Source: Victivallales bacterium (GTDB lineage Bacteria; Verrucomicrobiota; Lentisphaeria; Victivallales; UBA1829). Taken from it: 64,000 nt of DNA. The number at the start of each line of letters is the position of its first letter. Positions within the stretch are counted from its first letter, which is position 1. A program made the position numbers and the translations under genes. Shown here piece after piece: positions 30,046 through 42,557 of this stretch. The notes under the pieces were generated by a model. It was not told the origin of the DNA. It ran no database searches and worked only from the letters and a program-made list of their open reading frames with translations. The DNA is taken from positions 10,539 through 74,538 of the forward strand of contig JBGUKN010000033.1 in the NCBI GenBank assembly GCA_045114455.1, given 5' to 3'.

Positions 30046-31008
30046 ATGTGGAAAGCGCTCAGCCAGCCGGCAAAGATCATCATCCCGCTCTTCATCGGAC
30101 TCTGTTTCCCCTGGATGTCCCGTGCATCCTTCATGGTCCGCTGGCTGCTTGTCGTCATGCTCCTGAACGCCTGCCTGGGCATCAAGTTCAGCGGCCTGAA
30201 AGTGCGCCTGTACCACTGGTATCTGCTTGCCGCCAACCTCGCGATCGGCGTGCTGGCGTGGCTTCTGGCATGCTGGCTCTGCGGCGGCAATACCGAGGTC
30301 GCGAAGGCGGTTTTCTTCACGGCGATCTCACCCACTGCCACCGCCGCCCCCGTCGTGATCGCGTTTCTCGGCGGAAACGTCGCCACGGTCCTGATGGGCT
30401 TCCTCATCAGCGACCTAGGCATTTCGCTCTTCCTGATCGGCTTGCTCCCGGTCGTCACGGGACAAATGGATTGGCGGTTCGTCAACGAAGTCTTTCTGAA
30501 CATCGCATTCGTGATGGCGCTCCCCGTCTTCCTTTCGCGCGTCCTATTGCATTTTTGGCCGTGGCTCGCCGACTTCGCCAAGTACAAGATCGCCCCGCAC
30601 GCGCTCTGGGCGTGGTCGGTCATGCTCCTCATCCTCGGCGGCATGGCGCGCACCACGTTTGACCGGCAGGAAGTCAGTGCGGTCGTCATCCTTCTTCAGA
30701 TCGGCTGCGCCACGCTCGCGGTCTGCATCCTGAATTTCTTCGTCGGATGGCTGATCGGCCCGCGCCGCTGCAAGCTCGAATCCAGCCAGCTCCTCGGGCA
30801 GAAAAACACTTCCTTCACGATCTATCTGGCGATCACGTTCGCCTCTCCCGTCGCCGCCCTCGGCCCGCTCTTCTACATCCTCTGGCACAACAGCTGGAAC
30901 GCCATTCAGATGTTCCAGTTCGAGAAACGCAGGCAGCGCAAGGCGGCGCGCTTCATTCCCGCTTCGACTCCGTCCGGTCATCCCGGGGCGGATCACATCA
31001 CATCCTGA
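30046..31008 (+). CDS. Bile acid:sodium symporter-like membrane transporter
   Basis: About 9 TM; ISPTATAAPV and QLLGQKNT motifs; promoter TTGAAA-N17-TATATT at 29965-29993. Confidence 0.7.
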   Translation: MWKALSQPAKIIIPLFIGLCFPWMSRASFMVRWLLVVMLLNACLGIKFSGLKVRLYHWYLLAANLAIGVLAWLLACWLCGGNTEVAKAVFFTAISPTATAAPVVIAFLGGNVATVLMGFLISDLGISLFLIGLLPVVTGQMDWRFVNEVFLNIAFVMALPVFLSRVLLHFWPWLADFAKYKIAPHALWAWSVMLLILGGMARTTFDRQEVSAVVILLQIGCATLAVCILNFFVGWLIGPRRCKLESSQLLGQKNTSFTIYLAITFASPVAALGPLFYILWHNSWNAIQMFQFEKRRQRKAARFIPASTPSGHPGADHITS

Positions 31009-31032
31009 ACTCACGAAACGGACGCGGTCAAC

Positions 31033-33906
<2,874 letters not shown>

Positions 33907-33990
33907 TTCCGGAAAGCTTTCTGTTTGCATTTCCGGTTTTTTCTGCTATAGTATTCTATCTTTTTCTGATCGAATCTTTTTCAGGCGACC

Positions 33991-34833
33991 ATGATCTCTC
34001 CGGCAGAAACATCCCCCGCAAACACGCATGCTCCCGCTCACTCCCACTCCCGCGCGTTCGGCTGCACCATCCTCGGCAGCGGCAGCAAGGGCAACGCCTC
34101 GGTCATCCACGGGCCGGAGGGCAATCTGCTGCTCGACGCCGGTTTTTCCGCGAAGGAGCTGATGTGCCGCCTCGAACGCGTTCGGGTCGATCCGTGTTCG
34201 CTCCGCGCCATCCTCATCACGCACGACCATTCCGACCACACCAGCGCCTGCCGCATCGTCTCCGACCGCCTCGGCATCCCCGCATACTTTCTCCCGGAGA
34301 CCTTCTGCGAACTTTCGAAATGCGCCGGAAAGGTCCCGAAACACAAGATCCTCATCACGCCCGGATCTCCGCTTGAACTGTGCGGCATCCACATCGAGCC
34401 GTTTTCCGTTTCGCACGATACGCCCGCCGTCGCGTACACCTTCTCGGTCCACGCGCACAAGATCGGCTTTGCGACCGACCTCGGATTCGTCTCCAACCTC
34501 GCGAAGGCAAAACTCTGCGGCTGCGACCTGCTCGTGCTGGAGACGAACTACGATCCCTTCAAACTCCGCACCTCGGCGCGTCCGATCACGCTCAAGCGCC
34601 GCATCGCGGGCAAACAGGGCCACCTCGGCAACCCCGACGCCATGGAGGCGCTCGAAGATCTTCTCTCCCCGAACACGCGCAGCCTGGTCTTCGCGCACCT
34701 CAGCCAGGAGTGCAACGACCCCGCTGTCGTCGCCGATCTGGCGGAAAAACGCCTCTCCGAACTGCACCGGACGGACGTTTCCTTCCGCATCGCCTCGCAG
34801 TTCGAACCCCTTGAGACCTTCTGGCTGGAGTGA
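33991..34833 (+). CDS. MBL-fold metallo-hydrolase (YycJ/WalJ-like)
   Basis: LGSGSKGN, THDHSDH, SHD, TDLG, ETNYD, GHLGN, AHLSQECN. Confidence 0.9.
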   Translation: MISPAETSPANTHAPAHSHSRAFGCTILGSGSKGNASVIHGPEGNLLLDAGFSAKELMCRLERVRVDPCSLRAILITHDHSDHTSACRIVSDRLGIPAYFLPETFCELSKCAGKVPKHKILITPGSPLELCGIHIEPFSVSHDTPAVAYTFSVHAHKIGFATDLGFVSNLAKAKLCGCDLLVLETNYDPFKLRTSARPITLKRRIAGKQGHLGNPDAMEALEDLLSPNTRSLVFAHLSQECNDPAVVADLAEKRLSELHRTDVSFRIASQFEPLETFWLE

Positions 34834-34841
34834 ACACGACC

Positions 34842-36719
34842 ATGGCGGAGCAGACACCACGCAGGATCAAGATCGCATGTCCGGGCTGCGGACAGAAGCT
34901 CGACGTCTCCGAGATGCCGGCATTCTCCCGCGTCAACTGCCCCGCCTGCTCGTTCGAGCTCATCGTCCCGAAGTGGTTCAACAACTATCTTCTGGAGGCT
35001 CCCGAGGGCAAGGGCGGCATGGCCGTCGTCTACCGCGCGCTCGACATCGCGCTCGACCGCGAAGTCGCCATCAAGATATTCGATCCCGAACTGAAGGAAA
35101 AGGGCGTCTCCCCCGGGCTCTTCCTGCATGAAGCGCGCATCGCCGCCACCGTCAACCATCCCGCGGTCGTGTCCATCTATTCCTGCGGGGAATGGGACGG
35201 CTCAGCATACATCGTCATGCAGTACATGGGCGGCGGCACGCTCGAAAGCCGTCTCCGCAAGGCAAAGGGACGCCTGCCCGTCATGGAGACCTGCCGCTGG
35301 ATCCGCGATGTCTGCGAGGGACTGGACGCCGCACGCGAACTCGGCGTCGTCCACCACGACATCAAGCCCGCGAACATCCTTCTCGACCTCGATTCCAATG
35401 CAAAAATCTCCGACTTCGGGCTTGCCGGAGCCGCTTCCGGCAAATTCGCATCCGCATTCCTCGATTCTTCGAAGATGTGGCTCAGCCCGCAGTACGTCAG
35501 CCCGGAAAAGGTCCTGACGGGCGAAGAAGGCCCCGAAGGCGACGTCTACAGTCTCGGCGCATCCTTCTATCACCTGCTCGCCGGGGAACCGCCGTTCCAG
35601 TCGGGCGACATGCAGGAGCTCGTCAACATGCGGATCGTGCGCGACCCTGTCTCCCCCGACCTCGTCCGCCCGGACATCACACCCGCGCTCGCTTCCATCA
35701 TCCTCGACATGATGAACCGGGACCCCGCGGCACGTCCTTCCTACAAGCAGGTCGTCACGCGGCTCAACGATGCGCTTCGCGCCATGATGCGTCCCGCGCC
35801 GTCGCCCGTCGCCACAACGGAATCCGCCCCCGCGCCGCAGCCGTCTTCCGCGAAGAAGGTCTTCAGCGTCCCCGCCGGACGCATCGATCCCGCGAAGAAG
35901 CATTCCTTCCGCGCTTCGCACGTCACGCTGCTGCTGATCCTGCTCTTCCTGATGTCCTGCCTCTGTTTTCTCGTCTTTCTGCCGCGTTTCGCGGACCAGC
36001 GTTCCCTGCTGGACGCCGCGCCTGTCCTGAAAGCCCTTTACGGCGACCTGCCCGCGGAATCCTTCCCGTTCCTGAGCGATTCCTTTTACGATTCCCCGCT
36101 GATGGACGCAGAACTCGCATTCGCCGATTACGATTTCTCCCTAGAGACCCGGTATACTGCCGCCTGGGTCTCCTCGGTCTGCCGGATGCTGGACGCCGCG
36201 CCCGCCGCGGTCGCTTCCGCCGCGGACATGGGCGACCATCTGCGCTCCGCCGCCTCCCTTGCCGGGACGCAGCCCCCGCCCGCCGACGCCTACTGCCTCG
36301 CCGTCCTATCCCGGCTCGACCCGAATCCGCCGGACGTCTATTTCTCGGCGGAACAGCAGGTCCGCGTCCTTCTCGGACGCCTGATCCGCTCCCTGTACGA
36401 CCTCGACCCCGATTCGCTCGAAAACGACCGCGTCCCGGACCGCATCCTCTCGCAGTTCGGCGCGCTCGGAACCGCGTTCCAGTCCCTCCCGGAAGGCTCC
36501 TGGCTCGCAAAGCTCTACGGACCGCGTCTCAACGACTGGAAGGCCGCGCTGTCCGGCGATTCCGTACCGTCCGAGGACCTGGAACCTGTCTTCCGCCGTC
36601 TGCTCTCCGGCAAATCCGCTGCCGCGAAACGCCCGGAATCCGCTTTCCCCGGCTCGTCCGGGACGATCGAAGACCCCTTCGGCGTTCCCTCCCGTCTGAC
36701 GCCCGCGGAAGAAGACTGA
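34842..36719 (+). CDS. Membrane Ser/Thr protein kinase with N-terminal Zn ribbon
   Basis: CPGC…CPAC; GKGGMAVVY, VAIK, HHDIKPAN, DFG, SPE; TM segment; alternative GTG start at 34830. Confidence 0.9.
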   Translation: MAEQTPRRIKIACPGCGQKLDVSEMPAFSRVNCPACSFELIVPKWFNNYLLEAPEGKGGMAVVYRALDIALDREVAIKIFDPELKEKGVSPGLFLHEARIAATVNHPAVVSIYSCGEWDGSAYIVMQYMGGGTLESRLRKAKGRLPVMETCRWIRDVCEGLDAARELGVVHHDIKPANILLDLDSNAKISDFGLAGAASGKFASAFLDSSKMWLSPQYVSPEKVLTGEEGPEGDVYSLGASFYHLLAGEPPFQSGDMQELVNMRIVRDPVSPDLVRPDITPALASIILDMMNRDPAARPSYKQVVTRLNDALRAMMRPAPSPVATTESAPAPQPSSAKKVFSVPAGRIDPAKKHSFRASHVTLLLILLFLMSCLCFLVFLPRFADQRSLLDAAPVLKALYGDLPAESFPFLSDSFYDSPLMDAELAFADYDFSLETRYTAAWVSSVCRMLDAAPAAVASAADMGDHLRSAASLAGTQPPPADAYCLAVLSRLDPNPPDVYFSAEQQVRVLLGRLIRSLYDLDPDSLENDRVPDRILSQFGALGTAFQSLPEGSWLAKLYGPRLNDWKAALSGDSVPSEDLEPVFRRLLSGKSAAAKRPESAFPGSSGTIEDPFGVPSRLTPAEED

Positions 36720-36869
36720 CGAATTCCTTTTGATTCAACGCTTTCCCCTTCGCCGCGTTTGAAAAAGCGGCTTTCCGATGCTATATTATTCTAGTACGGA
36801 GCACGAACCGGCGACCGCCCGGCTCCTTTTTTTTATCATCTCCCGCACACTCGACAGAAAGGCTTACCG

Positions 36870-38117
36870 TTGAAGACATCCCGCATTTCCGAGGGCATTC
36901 TGGAACACGCGCTCTCCGCCCTGACCGTTTGGGAAAATGACGGCGTCTCCCTCGACGACTGTCTGGACGACCTCCGCTCCGGGGACTTTCCGGCGAAGGC
37001 CGCCGTCGCCTCTCTCCTGTTCGAGTATTTCCGCCACAAGTATTTTCTGGATTCCCTGCTCATCAAGCACGCGCGCAAGGGCAAGGTCAACCAGCAGATG
37101 CGCCTTCTGGTCTCCCTCGCCGCCGCGCAGGTCTTCTTCCAGACCGGGCTCCCCTGGCAATCCGCCGTGAACATTGCCGTCGACACCGCCAAAAAGCTCC
37201 GCGGCCCCGGCGGCGGTGCATTCGTGAACGCCATTCTCCGCGCCTATGTCCGCGACAGCTCAATTGACCGCGCGCACATCTCCGCCGACAGTCCGCCGCT
37301 CCTGCAGGAACGCTGGACCGCCGCCTACGGATCCGAACGCGCGGCCTCCATTCTTGGCCAGTTCGCCTCCAACCCGCCCGTTTCGGTGCGGCTCCGCCCC
37401 GGCGCGGACGTTTCCCTGCTGGCGGATTTCGGCCCCGAGCCCTTCGATCCCGATTTCGACACGGGCGATTTCCGGTTTTTCACCCTGAAAAATACCGCCG
37501 GGCTTTTCGACAATCCGCTGTTGCAGGACGGCTCCGTCTATGTACAGGATCCCGCCACGTCCATGGGGCTCGGCCTGCTGGAATCGAAACCGTCCGGCGC
37601 GATCCTCGACCTGTGCGCCGCGCCCGGCGGCAAGACCATCATGCTGTCCGAGCTCGCCGCACCCGGCGCGAAGATCACCGCCGCAGACCGTTCCAAAAAG
37701 CGCATTTCCACGCTGAACGTCAATCTCCGCCGCGCCGGAGTGAAGGCGAAAACCCTTGCCGCCGACGCCCGCGAACTCCCGCTTCCGCCGCAGTCCTTCG
37801 ACTTCATCCTCGCCGACGTCCCCTGCTCGAACACCGGCGTCATCCGCCGCCGTCCCGATGTCCCCTGGCGTTTCTCGAAAAAACGCCTTGCCGAGCTTGC
37901 CGTTCTTCAGCACGCCATCCTGAAGAGCGCGGTTTCCATGCTCCGGCCCGGCGGCACGCTGCTTTATTCCACGTGCAGCCTGGAATTCGAGGAGAATCTC
38001 GGCCGCGTCCAGCTGCTTCTGTCCGAGTATCCCGAACTCACGCTTGTTCGCGAACAGACCCTGTTCCCCTCCGATACGCATGACGGCGCCTTCTCCGCCG
38101 TCCTGAAGCTCGCCTGA
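36870..38117 (+). CDS. rsmB: 16S rRNA m5C967 methyltransferase (NusB-like + MTase)
   Basis: DLCAAPGGKT, DVPCSNTG, YSTCS; TTG start. Confidence 0.88.
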   Translation: MKTSRISEGILEHALSALTVWENDGVSLDDCLDDLRSGDFPAKAAVASLLFEYFRHKYFLDSLLIKHARKGKVNQQMRLLVSLAAAQVFFQTGLPWQSAVNIAVDTAKKLRGPGGGAFVNAILRAYVRDSSIDRAHISADSPPLLQERWTAAYGSERAASILGQFASNPPVSVRLRPGADVSLLADFGPEPFDPDFDTGDFRFFTLKNTAGLFDNPLLQDGSVYVQDPATSMGLGLLESKPSGAILDLCAAPGGKTIMLSELAAPGAKITAADRSKKRISTLNVNLRRAGVKAKTLAADARELPLPPQSFDFILADVPCSNTGVIRRRPDVPWRFSKKRLAELAVLQHAILKSAVSMLRPGGTLLYSTCSLEFEENLGRVQLLLSEYPELTLVREQTLFPSDTHDGAFSAVLKLA

Positions 38118-38248
38118 CGACGCTTCATAATCGTACATCCCCATTTCCTTATGCTTTGCCGCACCGGACGAACCCGTCTCACCATGCAAAACGGCGGTCC
38201 GCCCGGAAAAGGGAAGACCGCCTGAATTCCTGAAACGTGAGGTTATGC

Positions 38249-40021
38249 TCAGTCGACCGGAGTGATGCGGTAGACGCCCGCGTCATGGCACTTCAGGACG
38301 CGCGAGAAGGAGCCTTCGAATGTGCCGAGGTCTTTCCCTTCCCACAGGTCGCGGACTTTGGCTTTCTTGCCGATGCCGAGCTCGGAGAAGTCGACGGAGA
38401 CTTCCGCCGTGTCTTTCACTTCCACGTCGAACGCCTCGTCGGTCAGGACCAGGAACTCGATCGTGCCGCCCTGCCGTTCCATGCCGTCGGCGAGGACGCC
38501 GCGCGCGGTGAGGGTGTCGTATCCTTCGGGTCGGTCGTAGATGATGACCGAGGCGGCGTGCGTGCCAATGCCGTCGATCTGGCGTCCGTCGGAGGTCTGC
38601 CCGACGCGGGTGTTGCCCCAGCCCTGGGACGCGCTTTTCCAGCGGAGTTCGGTGAGCTTCTTCGTGCCCGCGGGCCCGGAGAGGACCGGTTCCAGCCAGG
38701 CGGCGTGGTCGTAGTTGATGCCGTCGCCGCCGTCGGTCACGGCCAGCGCGAACGATTTCGATCCGCCGATGTCGGCCTTGATCTCCGCTTCGCGTACGCC
38801 GGAGCCGCCGACCTTGATACTGTGATATTTGGCCTTCTGGTAATCGATGTTGTGCGTGCCGGGCGTGGATGCGTTGAACAGCGCGACGTATTTGTCCTTG
38901 CTGCCTGGCACGTCCGCGGTCCAGACGAAGAGGTCGCCCTTCTGCGAGAGCTGGCGGTTGTTTTCGCTATTCTGGTTGATCTCGATGACTTCCTTGTTCG
39001 TGAGGAGCTTCAGCGTCCAGTCGTCGAGCTTGGTCATGTCCGCGCCGAGGATGAGCGGGGATCGCGCGATCGACCACAGCGTGAAGCACAATCTCTGCTC
39101 TTCCTGCGTGAAATTGGTCTTGCGGTTGAACTGGATGATGCCGAACGGGAGCATGTCGGCGTCAGGCCAGGAGCCTTTGATGCGGTAGGGTTCCCAGCGG
39201 TGCAGGCGGCCGAACATCCCGTACAGCGGAGACCAGCGGTCCCAGAAGTCGTCGGAGACGCGCCACATGTTCGCGTGCTCGTCGGCGTGCTTGCCGTTCT
39301 GGATCGGCGTGTCGCCGGGGGAGAGACTGAGGATGATCGGACGGCCGCATTTGTCGATGGCCTTGCGGATCGCCTCGATCTCGGCGGTGGCGTACGGACG
39401 GGACAGGTCATCGATCTTGATGAAGTCGAGTCCCCATTCCGCGAACTGCTCGAACAGCGAATCGTAGTACTCCTGCGCGCCGGGCTTGCTCATGTCCACG
39501 CCGTACATGTCCTGGTTCCAGGGGCAGGTGCTCCGCATGTTCACGATGTCCTGCGCGCGGTAATTCGTTCCTTTGACCTTGGTGTTTTCGCGGACGGCCT
39601 GACGCGGGATGCCGCGCATCAGGTGCACGCCGATCTTCAGCCCGCGTTCGTGCATGTAGTCGGCGAGCGGCTTCAGGCCCTTGCCGTCCTTCGAGGACGG
39701 GAACCGCTCCGGTCCGGGGATGAATCTGCCGTATTCGTCCATGGAGAACTGGTGGCGGGCGTCGCTCTGGAATCCGCGCTGGTTGTCATTATACCACTGG
39801 TGGTCGATCACGAAGACGTCCCAGCCGAACGGCTTCAGCTGTTTGATCATGGCTTCCGCCTGTTCCTTCGCCTGCGCTTCGGTCAGGCTCAGGCCGAAGC
39901 AGTCGAAGCTGTTCCAGCCCATCGGCGGAGTCGGCGCCCAGTCGTGGAAATCGGCCGCGGAAAGCGCCGCTGCCGCGATCAGTCCGCATGCGATAGACAG
40001 AGTTTTGAGTGTTGCTTTCAT
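38249..40021 (-). CDS. Secreted GH27 alpha-galactosidase-like enzyme with NPCBM domain
   Basis: PPMGWNS, DHQWY, DFIKIDD, WPDADML; GDGINYDHAAW NPCBM; signal peptide. Confidence 0.9.
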   Translation of the reverse strand: MKATLKTLSIACGLIAAAALSAADFHDWAPTPPMGWNSFDCFGLSLTEAQAKEQAEAMIKQLKPFGWDVFVIDHQWYNDNQRGFQSDARHQFSMDEYGRFIPGPERFPSSKDGKGLKPLADYMHERGLKIGVHLMRGIPRQAVRENTKVKGTNYRAQDIVNMRSTCPWNQDMYGVDMSKPGAQEYYDSLFEQFAEWGLDFIKIDDLSRPYATAEIEAIRKAIDKCGRPIILSLSPGDTPIQNGKHADEHANMWRVSDDFWDRWSPLYGMFGRLHRWEPYRIKGSWPDADMLPFGIIQFNRKTNFTQEEQRLCFTLWSIARSPLILGADMTKLDDWTLKLLTNKEVIEINQNSENNRQLSQKGDLFVWTADVPGSKDKYVALFNASTPGTHNIDYQKAKYHSIKVGGSGVREAEIKADIGGSKSFALAVTDGGDGINYDHAAWLEPVLSGPAGTKKLTELRWKSASQGWGNTRVGQTSDGRQIDGIGTHAASVIIYDRPEGYDTLTARGVLADGMERQGGTIEFLVLTDEAFDVEVKDTAEVSVDFSELGIGKKAKVRDLWEGKDLGTFEGSFSRVLKCHDAGVYRITPVD

Positions 40022-40228
40022 AAGAAAACTCCTTCATGTGGGGGTTGTTTGGCTTGTTCCGGGGCGGGCGGCATCCCGAAGGAAAAAGCCGCCCGGCCGC
40101 TGAATTTCATTAATATATTCTCCCCTCGGAACAAAGTCAAGCACAGTCCGAAAAAATGTTGAAACATTAAATTATTTCACTTTTTCGGACTCTCGCATGC
40201 GGCGGTCGTCACGGTGCGATTTGTGCCG

Positions 40229-42082
40229 TCACAGCACGGGGTAGCTGCCGAGGAGCTTCAGTTCTTCGGTGAGCGGCTTCAGCCCGGCGAGCGCGGCGGA
40301 TACGCGCGGAGCGTTCGCGGCGCCCTCGATGTCGATGAAGAACCGGTAGTGCCAGCAGCCGGAGCCGGAGGGACGGCTCTCGATCATGGTCAGCGTGACG
40401 CCGGCGTTCTTGAACGGCTCCAGGCAGTCGTGCAGCGCGCCGAAGCGTTCGCGCGCGGTGAAGCAGATGCAGCATTTCGCGTGCGGCATGAGCGTGTTTT
40501 CCGCGCGGGACAGGATCAGGAAGCGCGTGCGGTTGTCCGGCGTGTCCTCGATGGACCGGTCCAGGATGTTCAGGTGGTACTGCGCGGCGATGTTCTCCCC
40601 GCCGATGACGGCGGCGTTCGGGCTGAGCGCGGCGAATTCGGCGGCGCGCGCGTTGGAGCCCACGCCCACGGTCTCCACGTCCGGGAAATTGCGTTCGAGG
40701 TATTTCCGGCACTGGCCGAGCGACTGGACATGGCTGTAGATGACGCCGATCTTCTCCTTCGGCACGGACGCCATGAGGCAGTGGTGGATGTTCATGGACG
40801 TCTCGGCGTAGATCTTCAGCGGAGTCGAAGCCAGCACGTCCAGCGTGCCGATCACGACGCCCTCCGTGGTGTTCTCCACGGGAACGCAGCCGTATTCACA
40901 CTCGCCGGACTCGACGGAGGCGAAGACGTTCTGGATGCCGGAGCACGGACGGTATTCCGCGCTCTCGGCGAAGACTTTCCGCGCGGCTTCGTGCGTGAAC
41001 GTCCCGGCGGGACCAAGGTACGCCACGCGCGGCTTGGCGGTGGAAACGGAATGCGGCGTGCCGTGGCGCAGGCGTTCGGCGGCGTTCAGGATCAGGCGTT
41101 CGGTTTCCTCGAACCCGATGCAGGCGTCCGTGACGGAAATGCGCGGATCGGGCGGCACGCCGGGCATCAGGTTCTGCTTGCCGGGCAGCAGGCTGCTTTC
41201 GAGCATCAGGCCCGCGATGCCGTCGTTTCCGGCGAGCTTCTGCGCCAGGACGTCCTCGAAAACGATGTGCTGGCGGCCCGGGTCGCGCCGCGAATTGCCG
41301 TGGCTGCAGTCGACCATGAGCGTGCGCGGGATGCCCGCGTTTTCGAGCTTGCGGAGCGCGGCGTCGATGCACGCGGCGTAGTAGTTTTCGCCGGAGATGC
41401 CCCCGCGCAGGACCAGGTGGCAGTACGGATTGCCCGCGCTGCGGATGATTCCGCTGCGGCCGTCGTGCATGATCCCGATGTAGCTGTGCGGCGCGCGGGC
41501 GGCGCAGATGGCGTCCACGGCGATCTGCAGGTTGCCGTCGGTGCTGTTCTTGAACCCGACGGGCATGTCGAGCGAACTGGCGAGCTGGCGATGCGTCTGG
41601 GATTCCGTCGTGCGCGCGCCGATCCCCGCCCACGAAACGAGCTCGGAAAGATAGTTCGCGATCGCCGGGTCGAGCAGTTCGGTTGCAGTGCCGAGGCCGT
41701 ACGCCGACACGTCAAGCAGGAGCTTGCGGGCGAGTTCCAGGCCGCGCGCGATGTCGCTGCCGCCGTCCAGGTCGGGGTCGTACACAAGCCCCTTCCAGCC
41801 AAGCGTGGTGCGCGGCTTCTCGAAATAGCACCGCATCACGATCTTGATGTCGTCGGAGACGCGTTCCGACAGCTTCGCGAGCTTCTCCGCGTATTCCAGC
41901 GCGGCGGGCACATTGTGGATCGAACACGGCCCGGCGATGACCACCAGACGCTTGTCCGTCCGGTCGAAGATATGCCGCAGTTCCGCGCGGTTCCGGGTGA
42001 TGTGCTCCACGATGTCCGCGTTCGGCATAAGTTCGGACGCGAGCTGTTCGGGCGATTTGATCGGCTGTTCTGTCTGGTTCAT
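40229..42082 (-). CDS. Fusion of class I-alpha DAHP synthase with prephenate dehydratase-ACT
   Basis: GPCSIH, YFEKPRT..GWKG, IGARTTESQ, DCSHGNS, TDAC; then YLGPAGTF, PVENTTEG, NRTRF, ESRP; one 617-aa ORF. Confidence 0.92.
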   Translation of the reverse strand: MNQTEQPIKSPEQLASELMPNADIVEHITRNRAELRHIFDRTDKRLVVIAGPCSIHNVPAALEYAEKLAKLSERVSDDIKIVMRCYFEKPRTTLGWKGLVYDPDLDGGSDIARGLELARKLLLDVSAYGLGTATELLDPAIANYLSELVSWAGIGARTTESQTHRQLASSLDMPVGFKNSTDGNLQIAVDAICAARAPHSYIGIMHDGRSGIIRSAGNPYCHLVLRGGISGENYYAACIDAALRKLENAGIPRTLMVDCSHGNSRRDPGRQHIVFEDVLAQKLAGNDGIAGLMLESSLLPGKQNLMPGVPPDPRISVTDACIGFEETERLILNAAERLRHGTPHSVSTAKPRVAYLGPAGTFTHEAARKVFAESAEYRPCSGIQNVFASVESGECEYGCVPVENTTEGVVIGTLDVLASTPLKIYAETSMNIHHCLMASVPKEKIGVIYSHVQSLGQCRKYLERNFPDVETVGVGSNARAAEFAALSPNAAVIGGENIAAQYHLNILDRSIEDTPDNRTRFLILSRAENTLMPHAKCCICFTARERFGALHDCLEPFKNAGVTLTMIESRPSGSGCWHYRFFIDIEGAANAPRVSAALAGLKPLTEELKLLGSYPVL

Positions 42083-42131
42083 GGGATGTCCTTTGGGTTG
42101 GGGAGTATTTTAAGTTTTTGAGAAGTTGTCG

Positions 42132-42175
42132 GAAAAAGAAAAACCGCATTCGGGGGTTCCTGGCCCGGATGCGGC
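42132..42175 (-). terminator. Second attenuator terminator
   Basis: CCGCATCCGGG…CCCGAATGCGG then TTTTTCTTTTT. Confidence 0.8.
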
Positions 42176-42188
42176 TGTGTCTGCTTGG

Positions 42189-42229
42189 AAAAAGAAAACG
42201 GGTCGCACCCTTGCTTGGGCCGGACCCGT
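42189..42229 (-). terminator. First attenuator terminator (3:4)
   Basis: ACGGGTC…GACCCGT then TTTCTTTTT. Confidence 0.8.
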
Positions 42230-42272
42230 CTGTTGTCATGACTTTCGCGTGTACACGTGCAAACGGGCTTCG

Positions 42273-42338
42273 TCAGGCGGTAAATCGCCAGAAGAAGCCG
42301 TAAAATCGAATGCTGTTGTTCACGGAGATCGTTTTCAT
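42273..42338 (-). CDS. Aromatic amino acid leader peptide MKTISVNNSIRFYGFFWRFTA
   Basis: Translated by hand; 4 Phe, 1 Tyr, 1 Trp within 8 codons, upstream of the aro/phe fusion. Confidence 0.85.
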   Translation of the reverse strand: MKTISVNNSIRFYGFFWRFTA

Positions 42339-42347
42339 AATGAAAAT

Positions 42348-42376
42348 ACTATACACCCGTTTCACGCAAATGTCAA
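42348..42376 (-). promoter_or_regulatory. sigma70 promoter TTGACA-N17-TATAGT
   Basis: Near-consensus; predicted start about 42341, 3 nt before the leader AUG. Confidence 0.85.
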
Positions 42377-42557
42377 CCGCCCTTCTCATCTTTTTGCGAA
42401 AAAAACGATTCGTCGCCCGCCGTGTCGTTTCCTGTTGACAATGATGGCCATATGCCTGCGGCGAAAAATGGTATTTATCCTTAATATCCTGCCGATCCCG
42501 CTTGAATTCGGGAAAAAACGGCGTACAGTATTTTTCATCGAACAGAGGAAAAACAAA

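Noticed and set aside
42126-42557. N-terminal extension of the 437-aa ORF; likewise the upstream extensions of ORFs at 2761, 11100, 13801, 29887, 50701, 51671, 54135 and 59597
   Set aside because: They run through promoters, attenuators or neighbouring genes; downstream starts have an RBS or signal peptide.
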